A stretch of DNA of 64,000 nucleotides from an uncultured Muribaculaceae bacterium (GTDB lineage: Bacteria; Bacillota_I; Bacilli_A; RF39; UBA660): contig CAYQJD010000001.1 in assembly GCA_964417835.1 (NCBI GenBank), forward strand, positions 2,888 to 66,887, in the 5' to 3' direction. The notes beneath the pieces are model-generated. The model was not told the origin of the DNA. It searched no databases and worked only from the letters and a program-made list of their open reading frames with translations. This document shows positions 9,919-20,803 of this stretch, one piece after another. Positions within the stretch are counted from its first letter, which is position 1. Each line of letters opens with the position of its first letter. The translations under genes were made by a program, and so were the position numbers.

Positions 9919-12093
9919 CTAAATACTTATTGGATTATTATCAATCTCAATAAACATGTCTTTTTCAGATGTATAAAGTTGATCTATAAATCTTATTGCA
10001 TCAAATAATTTATCGTCATATTTATATTTAATTATAATTTGAAATCTATATATATTATTAATTTTAAACATATTTGCTGTACTAGGTCCTAATAATATAC
10101 TATTTTTATCTATATTATTTTTTAAATAATTAGCTATCTTATTAGCATTCTGACTAGCTATATCAAAATCTTTACTACATATCTTTATCCCTACAATATA
10201 ATAATATGGTGGATAATTTAATTTCTTTCTTATTGACATTTCATAATTAAAAAGTCCTATATAATTATTATTTTTTAATAATGAGAAAATAAAATGATCG
10301 GGATTAAATGTTTGAATTATGACGCTACTTTTAATTCCACTTCTTCCAGCTCTACCACTAACTTGATTTAAAAGAGAAAAAGTCTTTTCAGTACTTCTAA
10401 AGTCAGGAATATTCAAAGACTCATCTGCATTTATTATTCCTACTAAACTTATTTTAGGAAAATCTAACCCTTTACTAATCATTTGTGTTCCTACAATAAT
10501 ATCTGCTTCTTCATTCATAATCATACTTATATATTTTTCATGACTACCCTTTTTTGTAGTAGTATCTGCATCCATTCTTAAAACTCTAGCATTAGGAAAA
10601 AGAGACTTTATTTCATTTTCTATTCTTTCAGTACCTGTACCAAAGCTTCTTATTGCATTTTCATGACAATTAGGACAAGTACTACTATTTATTTTCGTAT
10701 AACCACAATAATGACATCTTAAGTTGTTTGAAATCTTATGGTAAGTTAAACTTATTTCACAATGAGGGCACTTATATGTAAAACCACAATTTTGGCAACT
10801 AATTAATGTTGAATACCCTCTCCTATTTAAAAGTAACATTATTTGTTCTTTTTTTTCTAATGTATTTAATATATTTTCTCTTAGTTCATCACTAAACAAC
10901 ATATTTCTCTTTTTCATTTCTAAAGCCATATCTACTACTTTAATTTCTGGTAATGAAAAATTGCCAATTCTATTTTTAAGTTCTAATAATTCGTAAACAC
11001 CTTTTTTAGCTCTAGCAAATGATTCCAAACTAGGAGTAGCACTTCCTAAAATAACCGGACAATTATTATATTGTGCACGCCATTTTGCAATATCTATAGC
11101 ATTATATCTTGGAGAATTTTCTTGTTTATAAGTACTACTGTGCTCCTCATCTATTATAATTAAACCGATATTTTCAAATGGGGCAAAAATTGCACTTCGA
11201 GTGCCAACTACAAGATGAACTTCATGATTAATGATTTTTGTATATTCATCATATTTTTCTCCTTCACTCAATCCACTATGAAGTATTGCAACATCATTTG
11301 AAAAAGAATCATATAAACGTTTTACCATTTGATGAGTTAAACTAATTTCTGGAACTAACATAATTGCAGTTTTATTATTCCTAATAACTCTTTTTATAAG
11401 TTCAATATATACTATAGTTTTACCACTACCAGTAACACCATATAACAAATAAGTTTTAAATTTATCTATTAAAACTTTATTCACAACATCATTTTGTTCT
11501 AAAGAAAGTTTAAACTCTTTTTTCTCATTATTAACATTATTAATCCTATATTCTCTCTCTTTAGTAATTTTTACTAAACCTTTATCTAATAAACTCTTTA
11601 AAGCTATATAATTTATATTATTATTTTTTTCTAAAGTTTTATTTAATAATAATTCATTTAATATTTCTATTTGTTTTTTTGCTCTTTTATTATTTTCTAT
11701 ATAATTTTTAATAAATATTTCTTCTTTGTTTAGTTCTATAAATTCTTTATATTTATTAAAATCATTTTTACTCTTATTAACCTTTAAACTACTAGGCAAC
11801 ATTGTCTCATAAGCTTTAATTAATGTACAAAAATTATTATCTTTTATAAAGTAGCCTAACTCTAATAATTCCTTATTTAATATAAGATTACTATTAATAA
11901 CTTCTATAATATCATTCACTAAAGAAATTTCTTTATCTTTTTTTATATTTAAAACTATACCATATATATTTCTGTTATTAAATTTAACTTTTACTTTATT
12001 TCCAACATTAACTTGCATATTAGAAGGTATTCTATAAGTAAAAGTTTTATCTAATGATTTAACACCATATTGTATCAATACTTCTGCATACAT
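9919..12093 (-). CDS. priA: Primosomal protein N' (replication restart helicase PriA)
   Basis: Walker A GVTGSGKT, DEEH box IIDEEHSS, and the cysteine-rich zinc-binding insertion CQNCG..CPHC..CHYCG..CPNC. 724 aa. Confidence 0.9.
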   Translation of the reverse strand: MYAEVLIQYGVKSLDKTFTYRIPSNMQVNVGNKVKVKFNNRNIYGIVLNIKKDKEISLVNDIIEVINSNLILNKELLELGYFIKDNNFCTLIKAYETMLPSSLKVNKSKNDFNKYKEFIELNKEEIFIKNYIENNKRAKKQIEILNELLLNKTLEKNNNINYIALKSLLDKGLVKITKEREYRINNVNNEKKEFKLSLEQNDVVNKVLIDKFKTYLLYGVTGSGKTIVYIELIKRVIRNNKTAIMLVPEISLTHQMVKRLYDSFSNDVAILHSGLSEGEKYDEYTKIINHEVHLVVGTRSAIFAPFENIGLIIIDEEHSSTYKQENSPRYNAIDIAKWRAQYNNCPVILGSATPSLESFARAKKGVYELLELKNRIGNFSLPEIKVVDMALEMKKRNMLFSDELRENILNTLEKKEQIMLLLNRRGYSTLISCQNCGFTYKCPHCEISLTYHKISNNLRCHYCGYTKINSSTCPNCHENAIRSFGTGTERIENEIKSLFPNARVLRMDADTTTKKGSHEKYISMIMNEEADIIVGTQMISKGLDFPKISLVGIINADESLNIPDFRSTEKTFSLLNQVSGRAGRSGIKSSVIIQTFNPDHFIFSLLKNNNYIGLFNYEMSIRKKLNYPPYYYIVGIKICSKDFDIASQNANKIANYLKNNIDKNSILLGPSTANMFKINNIYRFQIIIKYKYDDKLFDAIRFIDQLYTSEKDMFIEIDNNPISI

Positions 12094-12134
12094 AAAATAC
12101 CTCCATTCTATTTTTCTTATATCAAAAATATTTT

Positions 12135-12884
12135 TTATTTTTTCATTTTATTATTTTTATTTTTATTAAGGATTCTAAGTAATAAAGTTTTATCTTCAAA
12201 ATCATCGTTTAACGTTAAACACTCATTGCATATTTCTTCATAACTATATTTTTGTAACTCAATAGGCTCAAAAAGTTTATTAAAACCTTCTTTTGAAATA
12301 ATAATATTATATGTTAAATCTAGTATAAATTCTTGTCCTAATCCCAGAGAAATAAAATCATTACTATTGATTTCTACATAAGAATGAAAATGACTGCCAA
12401 AAAATGAATTTCTCATTTCTAAAGTAACTGCTTTGAAGTCTTTATAATCTTTATAAGTTTTTATAAACTCATAAGTTATTTGATGGCAATTATTGTTAGA
12501 TTCAAAGTTTTCTATATTTAAAAAATCTGTTGCTTTAAAAAATGTGGCAGTTCCTCTTAATGTATTTAGAACATATAACTTATCTTTTTTTTCAATACTT
12601 TTAATAGAAGGCATAAAAGTTAATTGTTCTATATTAGCACCCTTTATTAAATTTCTTACTACAAAAAATAATTCAGGAGTAATATTATAATTATAATATT
12701 CTAATAATGGTTGGATTAAACTCTTATTTCCACCTGCCAATAACAAAAATATTTTATTTAAAGAATCAATATTTTCATCTAACTTACCGTTTATATCATA
12801 CTGTCTCAAAAATATATTTAATATTTTCTTTGCAATTAATTCATTCTCTTTTTTGTCATTTTTTTCTCTTTCAAATATATTCAT
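12135..12884 (-). CDS. Hypothetical protein (249 aa, no recognisable domain)
   Basis: Intact ORF with an RBS-like GGAGA upstream. No motif recognised. Lies between priA and tRNA-Arg. Confidence 0.4.
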   Translation of the reverse strand: MNIFEREKNDKKENELIAKKILNIFLRQYDINGKLDENIDSLNKIFLLLAGGNKSLIQPLLEYYNYNITPELFFVVRNLIKGANIEQLTFMPSIKSIEKKDKLYVLNTLRGTATFFKATDFLNIENFESNNNCHQITYEFIKTYKDYKDFKAVTLEMRNSFFGSHFHSYVEINSNDFISLGLGQEFILDLTYNIIISKEGFNKLFEPIELQKYSYEEICNECLTLNDDFEDKTLLLRILNKNKNNKMKK

Positions 12885-12941
12885 TGTTTCTCCTTAGATT
12901 TAAGATTAGTTTAACATATTTAAAAGCTGTGCGCAAATAAT

Positions 12942-12967
12942 AAAAAGAAAAAGCCCTAAAAAGGGCT
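12942..12967 (-). terminator. Rho-independent terminator downstream of tRNA-Arg
   Basis: GC-rich hairpin AAGCCC-TAAAAA-GGGCTT followed on the minus strand by a T-rich tract. Confidence 0.6.
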
Positions 12968-12980
12968 TAAACATACAAAA

Positions 12981-13057
12981 TGGTGTCCACGAAGCGACTC
13001 GAACGCTTGACCGTACGCTTAGAAGGCGTATGCTCTATCCAACTGAGCTACGTAGAC
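12981..13057 (-). tRNA. tRNA-Arg (anticodon TCT)
   Basis: Folded by hand. 7-bp acceptor stem, D-arm GCTC/GAGC, anticodon stem TACGC/GCGTA with loop CTTCTAA (T33, anticodon TCT, A37), T-arm AAGCG/CGCTT with loop TTCGAGT, and an encoded CCA end. 77 nt. Confidence 0.85.
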
Positions 13058-13076
13058 ATAACTCAATAACATATTG

Positions 13077-13105
13077 ATTATATAATAAATATATATTATT
13101 TTCAA
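13077..13105 (-). promoter_or_regulatory. Consensus sigma-A promoter for tRNA-Arg (TTGAAA-17-TATAAT)
   Basis: Read from the minus strand: TTGAAA, 17-nt spacer, TATAAT. The -10 element ends about 19 nt upstream of the tRNA 5' end. Confidence 0.6.
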
Positions 13106-13203
13106 GTATTTTTTAAACTTACGGAGAAAAAGTATTTTTTTAACTTAAAAATTAAATTGTAAAAAAATATTTTTAATTTTAAAATAAAAAGAGCATTAAA
13201 GCT

Positions 13204-14319
13204 CTAATTATATTCATTAAACTTCTTAAATTGTTCCTCATCAGATAAATCTGTTTCACTTAAGTCTTTAATCAATTTCTTCTGTTTTCTATCTAGTTTT
13301 GTTGGAATAATAACATTATAAATAACGTATGTATCTCCTTTTTTATTTAATTTTTCGTCATCAATACCTTTACCGCGTAATTTTACTTTATCTCCATTTT
13401 GAGTACCAGCTGGTATTTCTAACTTAACTTTTCCTTGAATAGTATTTATTTCTTTTTTACATCCCATTATTGCTTCTGTTATAGTGATTGGTAATTTTAT
13501 ATAAATATCGCTTTTATCTCTTTGATAGATAGGATGATCTTTTACAGTAAATTCAATATAAACATCTCCATTTGGGCCACCATTTAATCCAGCAGACCCT
13601 TTACCAGACATTTTCAACTGATCTTTATTATCAACTCCACGCGGTACTCTAACCTTTAACGTTTTCTTTTTAGAAACTACTCCTTTTCCATGACAGCTGT
13701 TGCATGTGCTTTCGAACGAAGTACCACTACCATTACATCTTGGACAAGTTGATTCAGTTTGAAATACTCCCAAAATTGTCCTTTGTCCTTGTATTATTCT
13801 TCCGCGTCCTTTGCAATCAGGACAGGTTTGAGCATTATGCCCGCCTTGTCCATTACACTCTGGACATTTATCTTTTATATTTATTGTAAATTCTTTTTCG
13901 CATCCATAAATAGCTTCATTAAAAGTGATATTTATTTGTACTAAACTATCCTCTCCACGACTTTGTCTTTTAGAGCTACCTCTTTTACGAGAAGTAAATC
14001 CTCCTCCCATGAATTGCTCAAATATGTCTCCTAGATCAATATCATCAAAGCCAAATCCAGAAAATCCTCCTTGGAATCCACCAAAGCCTCCACCTGTTCC
14101 ATCAAAAGCAGCAGATCCAAACTGATCATATTGACGTCTTTTTTCTGGGTCAGATAAAATTGAATAAGCTTCACCAATTTCCTTAAATTTTTCTTGAGCT
14201 CCCGGTTCTTTATTAATATCAGGATGATACTGTTTTGCAAGTTTTCTGAAAGATCTTTTTATTTCTTCATCGCTTGCATTTTTATCAACTCCTAAGATTT
14301 TATAATAATCTTTAGACAT
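13204..14319 (-). CDS. dnaJ: Molecular chaperone DnaJ
   Basis: J domain (DYYKILGV...HPD), G/F-rich linker, and four CxxCxGxG zinc-finger repeats. Confidence 0.95.
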   Translation of the reverse strand: MSKDYYKILGVDKNASDEEIKRSFRKLAKQYHPDINKEPGAQEKFKEIGEAYSILSDPEKRRQYDQFGSAAFDGTGGGFGGFQGGFSGFGFDDIDLGDIFEQFMGGGFTSRKRGSSKRQSRGEDSLVQINITFNEAIYGCEKEFTINIKDKCPECNGQGGHNAQTCPDCKGRGRIIQGQRTILGVFQTESTCPRCNGSGTSFESTCNSCHGKGVVSKKKTLKVRVPRGVDNKDQLKMSGKGSAGLNGGPNGDVYIEFTVKDHPIYQRDKSDIYIKLPITITEAIMGCKKEINTIQGKVKLEIPAGTQNGDKVKLRGKGIDDEKLNKKGDTYVIYNVIIPTKLDRKQKKLIKDLSETDLSDEEQFKKFNEYN

Positions 14320-14321
14320 TT

Positions 14322-16124
14322 TTACACTTCCTTATCAAAATATATATTATCATACTGTTCAACTAATTTATCAAAATATTTTATCGCATTAATATAAACT
14401 TCCTTATTTTCTATATTAACATTAAGAATTTCGAAAACTTCTTTTGGCCATTTATCACTACCTGTGCTTAAAAATTTAATATAATTTTTAAGCATTTCTT
14501 TATCACCATCTAATATTTTCTCAGCAACATTAATTGCAACACTTATACTAATTGCGTAATTATAAAGATAAAAATACATATAGTAATGGCTTCTAGTAAC
14601 CCAACTATTTTTTGAATATTTATCCATTTTAACTTTATTACCATAATATTGCTTCAATGACTTTTTGGTAATTTTATCTAAATAATCTTTTGTTATTGTT
14701 CCACCATTTTTAACTAAATCATACATATTTTGTTCCATTTTAGCTTCACGTACAGCGCCAAATAAATTTGAAGCAATAACACTTATAATATTTTCTAAGC
14801 CCTGTAATTTTTCATTCTTAGTTTTAGCATTATTAACAATATAATTAGACAATAAACATTCATTTGTTAAAGATGCAACTTCAGCAACTAAATTTGAAAC
14901 ATTTCTATATTGTAGAGGATTATTTTCAATAATAAACTGATGATGTACATTATGACCACCTTCATGAGCAATAGTAGAAACTGAATCTAAATCATAGTTA
15001 AAACTCATTAATATTCTAGAGTCATGATCCAAAGTACTAAAAGAGTACGCACCACTCGCTTTACCTTTATATTGACAGTAATCTATATATTTATTATCAA
15101 AAATCTTTTTATAATGATTTAAATACTCAGCGCCTAAAGGCTTTAAACTATTAAGCAATAACTCTTGCGATTCCTCTATACTATAGAGTTTATCAGAACT
15201 ACTTAACTCTAAATTCATATCATATTGATGTAAAACATCTAAGTCTAAAACTCGGCTTTTTAAATCATAATATTTTTGTAATGACTTTAAATTACTTTCT
15301 GTAGCGCTTACAAGACTTTCATAAACCTTATTACTTAAATTTAAACCAAATAATTTTTGATCCCAAGCACTATCAAAATGTCTTATTTTAGATATTGAAT
15401 TATTCATATTTATATAGCTATTTAAAAGCATCGCATTAGTGCTAGAATATTCATCTATTTTTTTATTAAAAGATTTATAAACTTTTTGCCTTATACTAAC
15501 GTTTTTATTTTTAGTTAACTTTCTAAAATTATTAGTAGCAATAGTCACTACATTATCATCTATTTTAATTTTTCCATAGTTATGAAGACTATTTAACATA
15601 GTTGACGAAATATCTTCAAAATGATTCATCGAATTTGTTAATTCTGTTACGATCTTTTCTTCACTCTCAGTAAGTACATGTTCTTTATCTCTAAAAATAT
15701 TATCTAAATATGCTTTATATTCATTCAATCTAGGTTCTTTATTATATAATTCTTGATATTCTTCATAATCCATTCTCAATATTTCAGGCACAAAAAATGC
15801 TGTATTTAATTCAAGATCATTCATTAAATTTAAAGTACAATTTTTTCTTTCAACACTTTCTGACTTTCCCAATTCTTGATCATTTAGTAAATATGCATAA
15901 ACATATAGGTTTTCACATAAACAAATTACTTGCATATATTTATTCAAAAATTCATATAATTTTGTCGCATGTTTTGTACAATTATTATATTCTTTTAATT
16001 CTTCAACCAATTTATTAGTTTCTTTTAAACTATTGCTAAATTTCTCTTCACTTGAAAAGAAATCTTTTAAATTCCATTTATATTTTTCTGGTACATCAGC
16101 TCTACAATTATATTTTTCCATCAT
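14322..16124 (-). CDS. pepF: Oligoendopeptidase F-like M3 family metallopeptidase
   Basis: 600 aa. HExxH zinc motif HEGGHNVHH and overall M3B length. Sits between dnaK and dnaJ. Confidence 0.7.
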   Translation of the reverse strand: MMEKYNCRADVPEKYKWNLKDFFSSEEKFSNSLKETNKLVEELKEYNNCTKHATKLYEFLNKYMQVICLCENLYVYAYLLNDQELGKSESVERKNCTLNLMNDLELNTAFFVPEILRMDYEEYQELYNKEPRLNEYKAYLDNIFRDKEHVLTESEEKIVTELTNSMNHFEDISSTMLNSLHNYGKIKIDDNVVTIATNNFRKLTKNKNVSIRQKVYKSFNKKIDEYSSTNAMLLNSYINMNNSISKIRHFDSAWDQKLFGLNLSNKVYESLVSATESNLKSLQKYYDLKSRVLDLDVLHQYDMNLELSSSDKLYSIEESQELLLNSLKPLGAEYLNHYKKIFDNKYIDYCQYKGKASGAYSFSTLDHDSRILMSFNYDLDSVSTIAHEGGHNVHHQFIIENNPLQYRNVSNLVAEVASLTNECLLSNYIVNNAKTKNEKLQGLENIISVIASNLFGAVREAKMEQNMYDLVKNGGTITKDYLDKITKKSLKQYYGNKVKMDKYSKNSWVTRSHYYMYFYLYNYAISISVAINVAEKILDGDKEMLKNYIKFLSTGSDKWPKEVFEILNVNIENKEVYINAIKYFDKLVEQYDNIYFDKEV

Positions 16125-16175
16125 TCCTCCATAATTTAAAGTAAGAGATTAGTTAAAACCTAATCTCTACTCATC

Positions 16176-17993
16176 TTATTTATTTACAAATTCTGCTTCT
16201 GAAGCATCATTTGAATTATCTGAATTCAAATCATTTGAACCTTGATTATTATTGTTTGCAGCTTCTTGATAAATACGTGTAGCATATTCCATAGCTTTTT
16301 TATTTAATTCTTCTGTTTTTGATTTAATATCTTCTACATCAGAGCCTTCTAATGATTTCTTTAGATTATCTATCAATTTTTCTGTATCTTTTTTCTCAGC
16401 TTCAGTTAATTTATCTCCAAGATCTTTGATTGATTTTTCAGTAGCAAATATTGTTTGTTCAGCCTCATTTCTAGCATCAGCTTCAATTTTTTTCTTTTCA
16501 TCTGCTTCTTTATTTGCTTCTGCTTCTTTCATCATTTTATCAATTTCTTCTTCAGTTAGGTTTGTATTAGAAGTAATAGTAATATGTTGTTCCTTATTAG
16601 TTCCTAAATCTTTTGCAGAAACATTAACTATACCGTTTGCATCAATATCAAATTTAACTTCTATTTGAGGAACTCCACGAGGTGCTGCAGGAATATCAGA
16701 TAATTGGAATCTTCCTAAAGTCTTATTGTCTTGAGCCATTGGTCTTTCACCTTGTAATACATGTATGTCAACAGCTGGTTGATTATCTACTGCTGTAGAG
16801 AACACTTGTGATTTACTTGTAGGAATTGTTGTATTTCTAGGAATCAATACAGTCATTACATCTCCTAAAGTCTCAATTCCCAATGATAATGGTGTTACAT
16901 CTAAAAGTACTAAATCATCAACTTCTCCTGTTAAAACACCACCTTGAATTGCAGCTCCCATTGCAACAACTTCATCTGGATTAACACTCTTATTAGGATC
17001 TTTACCAATTTCATCTTTAATTAAGTTTTGAATATAAGGTATTCTACTTGATCCACCAACTAATACAACTTGATCAATGTCATTTTTAGACATCTTTGCA
17101 TCTTTCATTGCCTTTCTAACTGAATCTAATGTAGAATCAAATAAATCTTTACATAAATTTTCAAATTTAGCACGAGTAATACTCATATCCATATGAATTG
17201 GACCATTTTCATTTTGAGTTAAGAAAGGTAAATTAATGTTAGTTGTAGTCATACTACTTAAATCTTTTTTAGCTTTTTCAGCAGCATCTTTTATACGTTG
17301 CATTGCCATTTTATCTTTAGAAAGATCAATTCCATTCTCTTTTTTAAACTCATCTTTCATATAGTCCATTAAACGTTTATCAAAATCATCTCCACCAAGT
17401 CTGTTATTACCACTAGTAGCTTTAACTTCAAAAACTCCGTCTCCTAATTCAAGTATTGAAACGTCAAATGTTCCTCCACCTAAATCATAAACAAGAATAG
17501 TTTGTAATTTATCTTGTTTATCAAGACCATAAGCAAGTGCTGCAGCTGTTGGTTCATTAACTATTCTTTCAACTTCTAAACCAGCAATTTTTCCTGCATT
17601 TTTAGTTGCTTGTCTTTCAGCATCATTAAAATATGCTGGAACTGTAATAACAGCTTTTGTAACAGTTTCCCCAAGATAGCTTTCTGCATCTTTTTTTAAT
17701 TTCATTAAAATCTTTGCACTAATTTCCTCAGCAGTATACTTTTTACCGTCAATATCAACCTTTTCATTAGTACCCATTTTTCTCTTAATTGAAGAAATAG
17801 TTTTTTCAGGATTAGTTACAGCTTGATGTTTTGCAGTAATACCTACAATTTCCTCACCGTCATTTTTAAATGCTACAACACTAGGAGTAGTTCTATCTCC
17901 TTCAGCATTTGTTATAACCTTAGGCTCTCCGCCTTCCAATACAGCAACACATGAATTTGTTGTACCTAAATCAATACCAATAATTTTACTCAT
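16176..17993 (-). CDS. dnaK: Molecular chaperone DnaK (Hsp70)
   Basis: [22 protein letters not shown], and a C-terminal substrate-binding/lid region. Confidence 0.97.
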   Translation of the reverse strand: MSKIIGIDLGTTNSCVAVLEGGEPKVITNAEGDRTTPSVVAFKNDGEEIVGITAKHQAVTNPEKTISSIKRKMGTNEKVDIDGKKYTAEEISAKILMKLKKDAESYLGETVTKAVITVPAYFNDAERQATKNAGKIAGLEVERIVNEPTAAALAYGLDKQDKLQTILVYDLGGGTFDVSILELGDGVFEVKATSGNNRLGGDDFDKRLMDYMKDEFKKENGIDLSKDKMAMQRIKDAAEKAKKDLSSMTTTNINLPFLTQNENGPIHMDMSITRAKFENLCKDLFDSTLDSVRKAMKDAKMSKNDIDQVVLVGGSSRIPYIQNLIKDEIGKDPNKSVNPDEVVAMGAAIQGGVLTGEVDDLVLLDVTPLSLGIETLGDVMTVLIPRNTTIPTSKSQVFSTAVDNQPAVDIHVLQGERPMAQDNKTLGRFQLSDIPAAPRGVPQIEVKFDIDANGIVNVSAKDLGTNKEQHITITSNTNLTEEEIDKMMKEAEANKEADEKKKIEADARNEAEQTIFATEKSIKDLGDKLTEAEKKDTEKLIDNLKKSLEGSDVEDIKSKTEELNKKAMEYATRIYQEAANNNNQGSNDLNSDNSNDASEAEFVNK

Positions 17994-18024
17994 TTAAATC
18001 ATTCCTTTTCTATTAATTTTTTAT

Positions 18025-18603
18025 TTATTGATTGACCTTTACCATAGCAGGTCTAATAACTTTATCTTTATACATATAGCCTTTTTGAAGCACTTCCAAT
18101 ACTACTCCAGCAGGCTTATTTTCATCTTTTTCAACCAAAACAGCTTGGTGAACTTTTGGATCAAATTCTATTCCTAGAGCATCAATAACTTTGACTTCAT
18201 TATCATTAAATATATTAATAACATCAGAATATATCATTTTAAATCCACTCAAGAATTTTGAAACCTCATCACTTAAATCATTATCATCCATAACAAGTCC
18301 TCTTTCAAAATTATCTACTATTGGAAGTAATGACTTTATAATATCTTCATTCGCATATTTTAACATATAAGAAGTTTCTTCTTCTTTTCTTCTTTTAAAA
18401 TTAACCAATTCTGCTTGAATTCTTAAAATTTTTTCATCTTTTGATTGTATTTCAGAATTAAGTTTCTCTATCTTTCCCTCTAACAGCTTTACTTGCTTAT
18501 TATCATGATGTTTTTCTTTAGACTTAGTTTCCTTTTTTAAGTCTTGATTGTTGTCTTCATTTAATTTTTTCTCTAAGTCCTCTTTATTTATATTTTTGTC
18601 CAT
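18025..18603 (-). CDS. grpE: Nucleotide exchange factor GrpE
   Basis: Coiled-coil N-terminus plus a GrpE C-terminal beta domain. Conserved position between hrcA and dnaK. Confidence 0.9.
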   Translation of the reverse strand: MDKNINKEDLEKKLNEDNNQDLKKETKSKEKHHDNKQVKLLEGKIEKLNSEIQSKDEKILRIQAELVNFKRRKEEETSYMLKYANEDIIKSLLPIVDNFERGLVMDDNDLSDEVSKFLSGFKMIYSDVINIFNDNEVKVIDALGIEFDPKVHQAVLVEKDENKPAGVVLEVLQKGYMYKDKVIRPAMVKVNQ

Positions 18604-18604
18604 A

Positions 18605-19600
18605 TTAATTCCTTTCTATATAACTCTTCAAGAAATTTAAAAGAGGCACTACTTTATCATATTCCATTCTTTTAGGTCCTATTATAGCAAGTGTTCCAAT
18701 TTCTCCATCAACGTTATAACTTGTTTTAATAACTGTAGTATCTGGATCAAAATTATTATGACTTCCAATATAAACTTTTATATCTTTGTCATCAGTCTCT
18801 ATATTCTTTACGAGTTCAATATTCTCAAGCTTACTAATAATTTTTTTAATCTTTTCTGGTTCATTATATTCAGGTTGCTTCAAAATATTAGTTTTGCCTC
18901 CAAAGAACACCTCTTCTTCATTACTTTCTTGAAAATCCGAAAAAGCATCATAAAAGAAACTACATAATTCTTCATACTTTTCCATAGTCTTAGCAATTTG
19001 TGGTTTAATTTCAAATTCTAGCTTTTCTAAAACTTGATTTAATGGAGTTCCTACTAAGGATTTGTTTATTATCTCGCTAGTCTTTACAATTTCTTTTACG
19101 TTAATATCATCCGGTATAATTACTTGCTTATTTTCAACGTGACCAGTATTAGTAACTAAAAGTGCTACTACTCTTTTACTATCTATAGGAATTATACTAA
19201 TTTGTTTTAAAATGTTTGTCTCACTATTTTTTCCTAAAACAATACTAGTATAATTTGTAATATCACTAATTATTTCCATACATTTAGTAATTGCATCAGA
19301 TAATGCTAAGTCTTTATTATTTAAAATTGTCTGTAATTTTAATAAATCTTCTCCTGTAATCTCTTTGGGTTTCATTAAATTCTCTACGTAATAGTGGTAC
19401 CCTTCTTCACTTGGAATTCTTCCACTACTGGTATGCGTTTTTTCCAAATAGCCAAGTTCTTCTAAATAGCTCATATCATTTCTAATTGTTGCTGAAGAAC
19501 AATTGAATTTTTCACATAAAGACTTAGATCCCACCGGTTTTACAGTCTTTATATAAGATTCTACAATAGCTTTTAAAAGCTTCTTTTGCCTTTCTCCCAC
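18605..19600 (-). CDS. hrcA: Heat-inducible transcription repressor HrcA
   Basis: N-terminal winged-helix (VGSKSL...SSATIRNDM..LE..G). 331 aa. Preceded by CIRCE operators. Confidence 0.9.
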   Translation of the reverse strand: MGERQKKLLKAIVESYIKTVKPVGSKSLCEKFNCSSATIRNDMSYLEELGYLEKTHTSSGRIPSEEGYHYYVENLMKPKEITGEDLLKLQTILNNKDLALSDAITKCMEIISDITNYTSIVLGKNSETNILKQISIIPIDSKRVVALLVTNTGHVENKQVIIPDDINVKEIVKTSEIINKSLVGTPLNQVLEKLEFEIKPQIAKTMEKYEELCSFFYDAFSDFQESNEEEVFFGGKTNILKQPEYNEPEKIKKIISKLENIELVKNIETDDKDIKVYIGSHNNFDPDTTVIKTSYNVDGEIGTLAIIGPKRMEYDKVVPLLNFLKSYIERN

Positions 19601-19612
19601 AAAACCACTTCC

Positions 19613-19639
19613 TTAGCACACTTTTAACTTCAGTGCTAA
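19613..19639 (-). promoter_or_regulatory. CIRCE-like operator 1 (TTAGCAC-n13-GTGCTAA)
   Basis: Degenerate CIRCE inverted repeat immediately upstream of hrcA. Confidence 0.5.
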
Positions 19640-19658
19640 CTCCATTATAATATTATGC

Positions 19659-19686
19659 TTAGCACTTGTCAATATATGAGTGCTAA
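19659..19686 (-). promoter_or_regulatory. CIRCE operator 2 (TTAGCACTT-n10-GAGTGCTAA)
   Basis: Near-consensus CIRCE element (TTAGCACTC-n9-GAGTGCTAA), the HrcA binding site, in the hrcA promoter region. Confidence 0.8.
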
Positions 19687-19723
19687 TTTTTTTTAAAATT
19701 TTTTAATTAAAATTTAAAAAAGC

Positions 19724-20680
19724 TTATTTTTTAATCAAAATATTTTGTTTGTTTTTCAAATCTTCAAAATATTTTCTATATTCATCATAACCTTTTTTAT
19801 TTAATAAATAAATATAATTTATTAACTTTTTGCACTTATTTTTTTCTTTTTCTTTAATAAGTGAAATAGGAAAATACTTACCACGTTCATTATTATCAAA
19901 ATTTGCATCTTTATCAAAGTATAAGTAATAATAATCTAATAATTTTGAGTAAGCATATATATTTGCTTCTTCTTCAATTCTAAAATAATCATGCCATTTT
20001 AAGTAAATTTTATATGCTATATTCATCGCAAAAACATTTTTCATATAATCTTCAGATATACTATCATTATTTTTTAAAATATATTCTTTTTGTAACAAAT
20101 GAGTATATTCATGAACAATATAAAAAATATATTTAATAACTATCTTTCTTAAAACATCATATGAATATTTCTTTTTATTAAAACAACTAAAATTTAATTT
20201 GTAATCATTTACATGCAATGTAAAATCTTTATCACCAAAAACCATATAAGCAATTGCAATATCTTTTTTACTTTTATAAAAATGAATATGATAGTCTTTT
20301 TTTAGCTCACTATTTAAACAATTAATTAAATCATAAAATATTAAATAAACTTTATCTAAATAATCATTTCCATTATTTCTTTTTATATAGTATGTACAAT
20401 AACTATGTAACAAAGTCTTATCTATATTTATATTATTTATTATTAAATATCTATAAACTATTTCAAATGTAGTCTTCTCATTTGGAGTTAAAAATTCATT
20501 ATTTTTTACTTTATTTTCTAATATTTTAAAATATCTCATAAAATTTTTTTTGAACTTGCTGTCTTGTTGCCCATTAATTATATTATTTATAAACATTTCT
20601 TGATATTTTTTTGATAAACTTAAAAAAATATTTATTATTTTATCATAACTTAATTTTCTATCTAAAATTACTTTTTTCAT
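19724..20680 (-). CDS. Hypothetical protein with HExxH motif (putative zinc-dependent peptidase-like)
   Basis: 318 aa, very basic and Tyr-rich. Single HEYTH motif followed by EEEAN, a possible third ligand. No other recognisable domain. Confidence 0.35.
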   Translation of the reverse strand: MKKVILDRKLSYDKIINIFLSLSKKYQEMFINNIINGQQDSKFKKNFMRYFKILENKVKNNEFLTPNEKTTFEIVYRYLIINNINIDKTLLHSYCTYYIKRNNGNDYLDKVYLIFYDLINCLNSELKKDYHIHFYKSKKDIAIAYMVFGDKDFTLHVNDYKLNFSCFNKKKYSYDVLRKIVIKYIFYIVHEYTHLLQKEYILKNNDSISEDYMKNVFAMNIAYKIYLKWHDYFRIEEEANIYAYSKLLDYYYLYFDKDANFDNNERGKYFPISLIKEKEKNKCKKLINYIYLLNKKGYDEYRKYFEDLKNKQNILIKK

Positions 20681-20803
20681 AAAATCACAGTAGTGTACTA
20701 TAACATATTTTTTATATTAAATCAATTTTTTTAATATATTGAGAATGTAGTATTACTAATTTACAACTAATATTATAAATGCTAAAATATTAAAGGTGAT
20801 TAA

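Noticed and set aside
12493-16668. Short antisense ORFs (12493..12690, 12707..12940, 13704..13889, 13759..13944, 13925..14125, 14031..14240, 15797..16018, 16426..16668)
   Set aside because: All overlap strongly supported genes (dnaJ, pepF, dnaK, the 249-aa ORF) on the opposite strand or in alternative frames. They are low-complexity translations.
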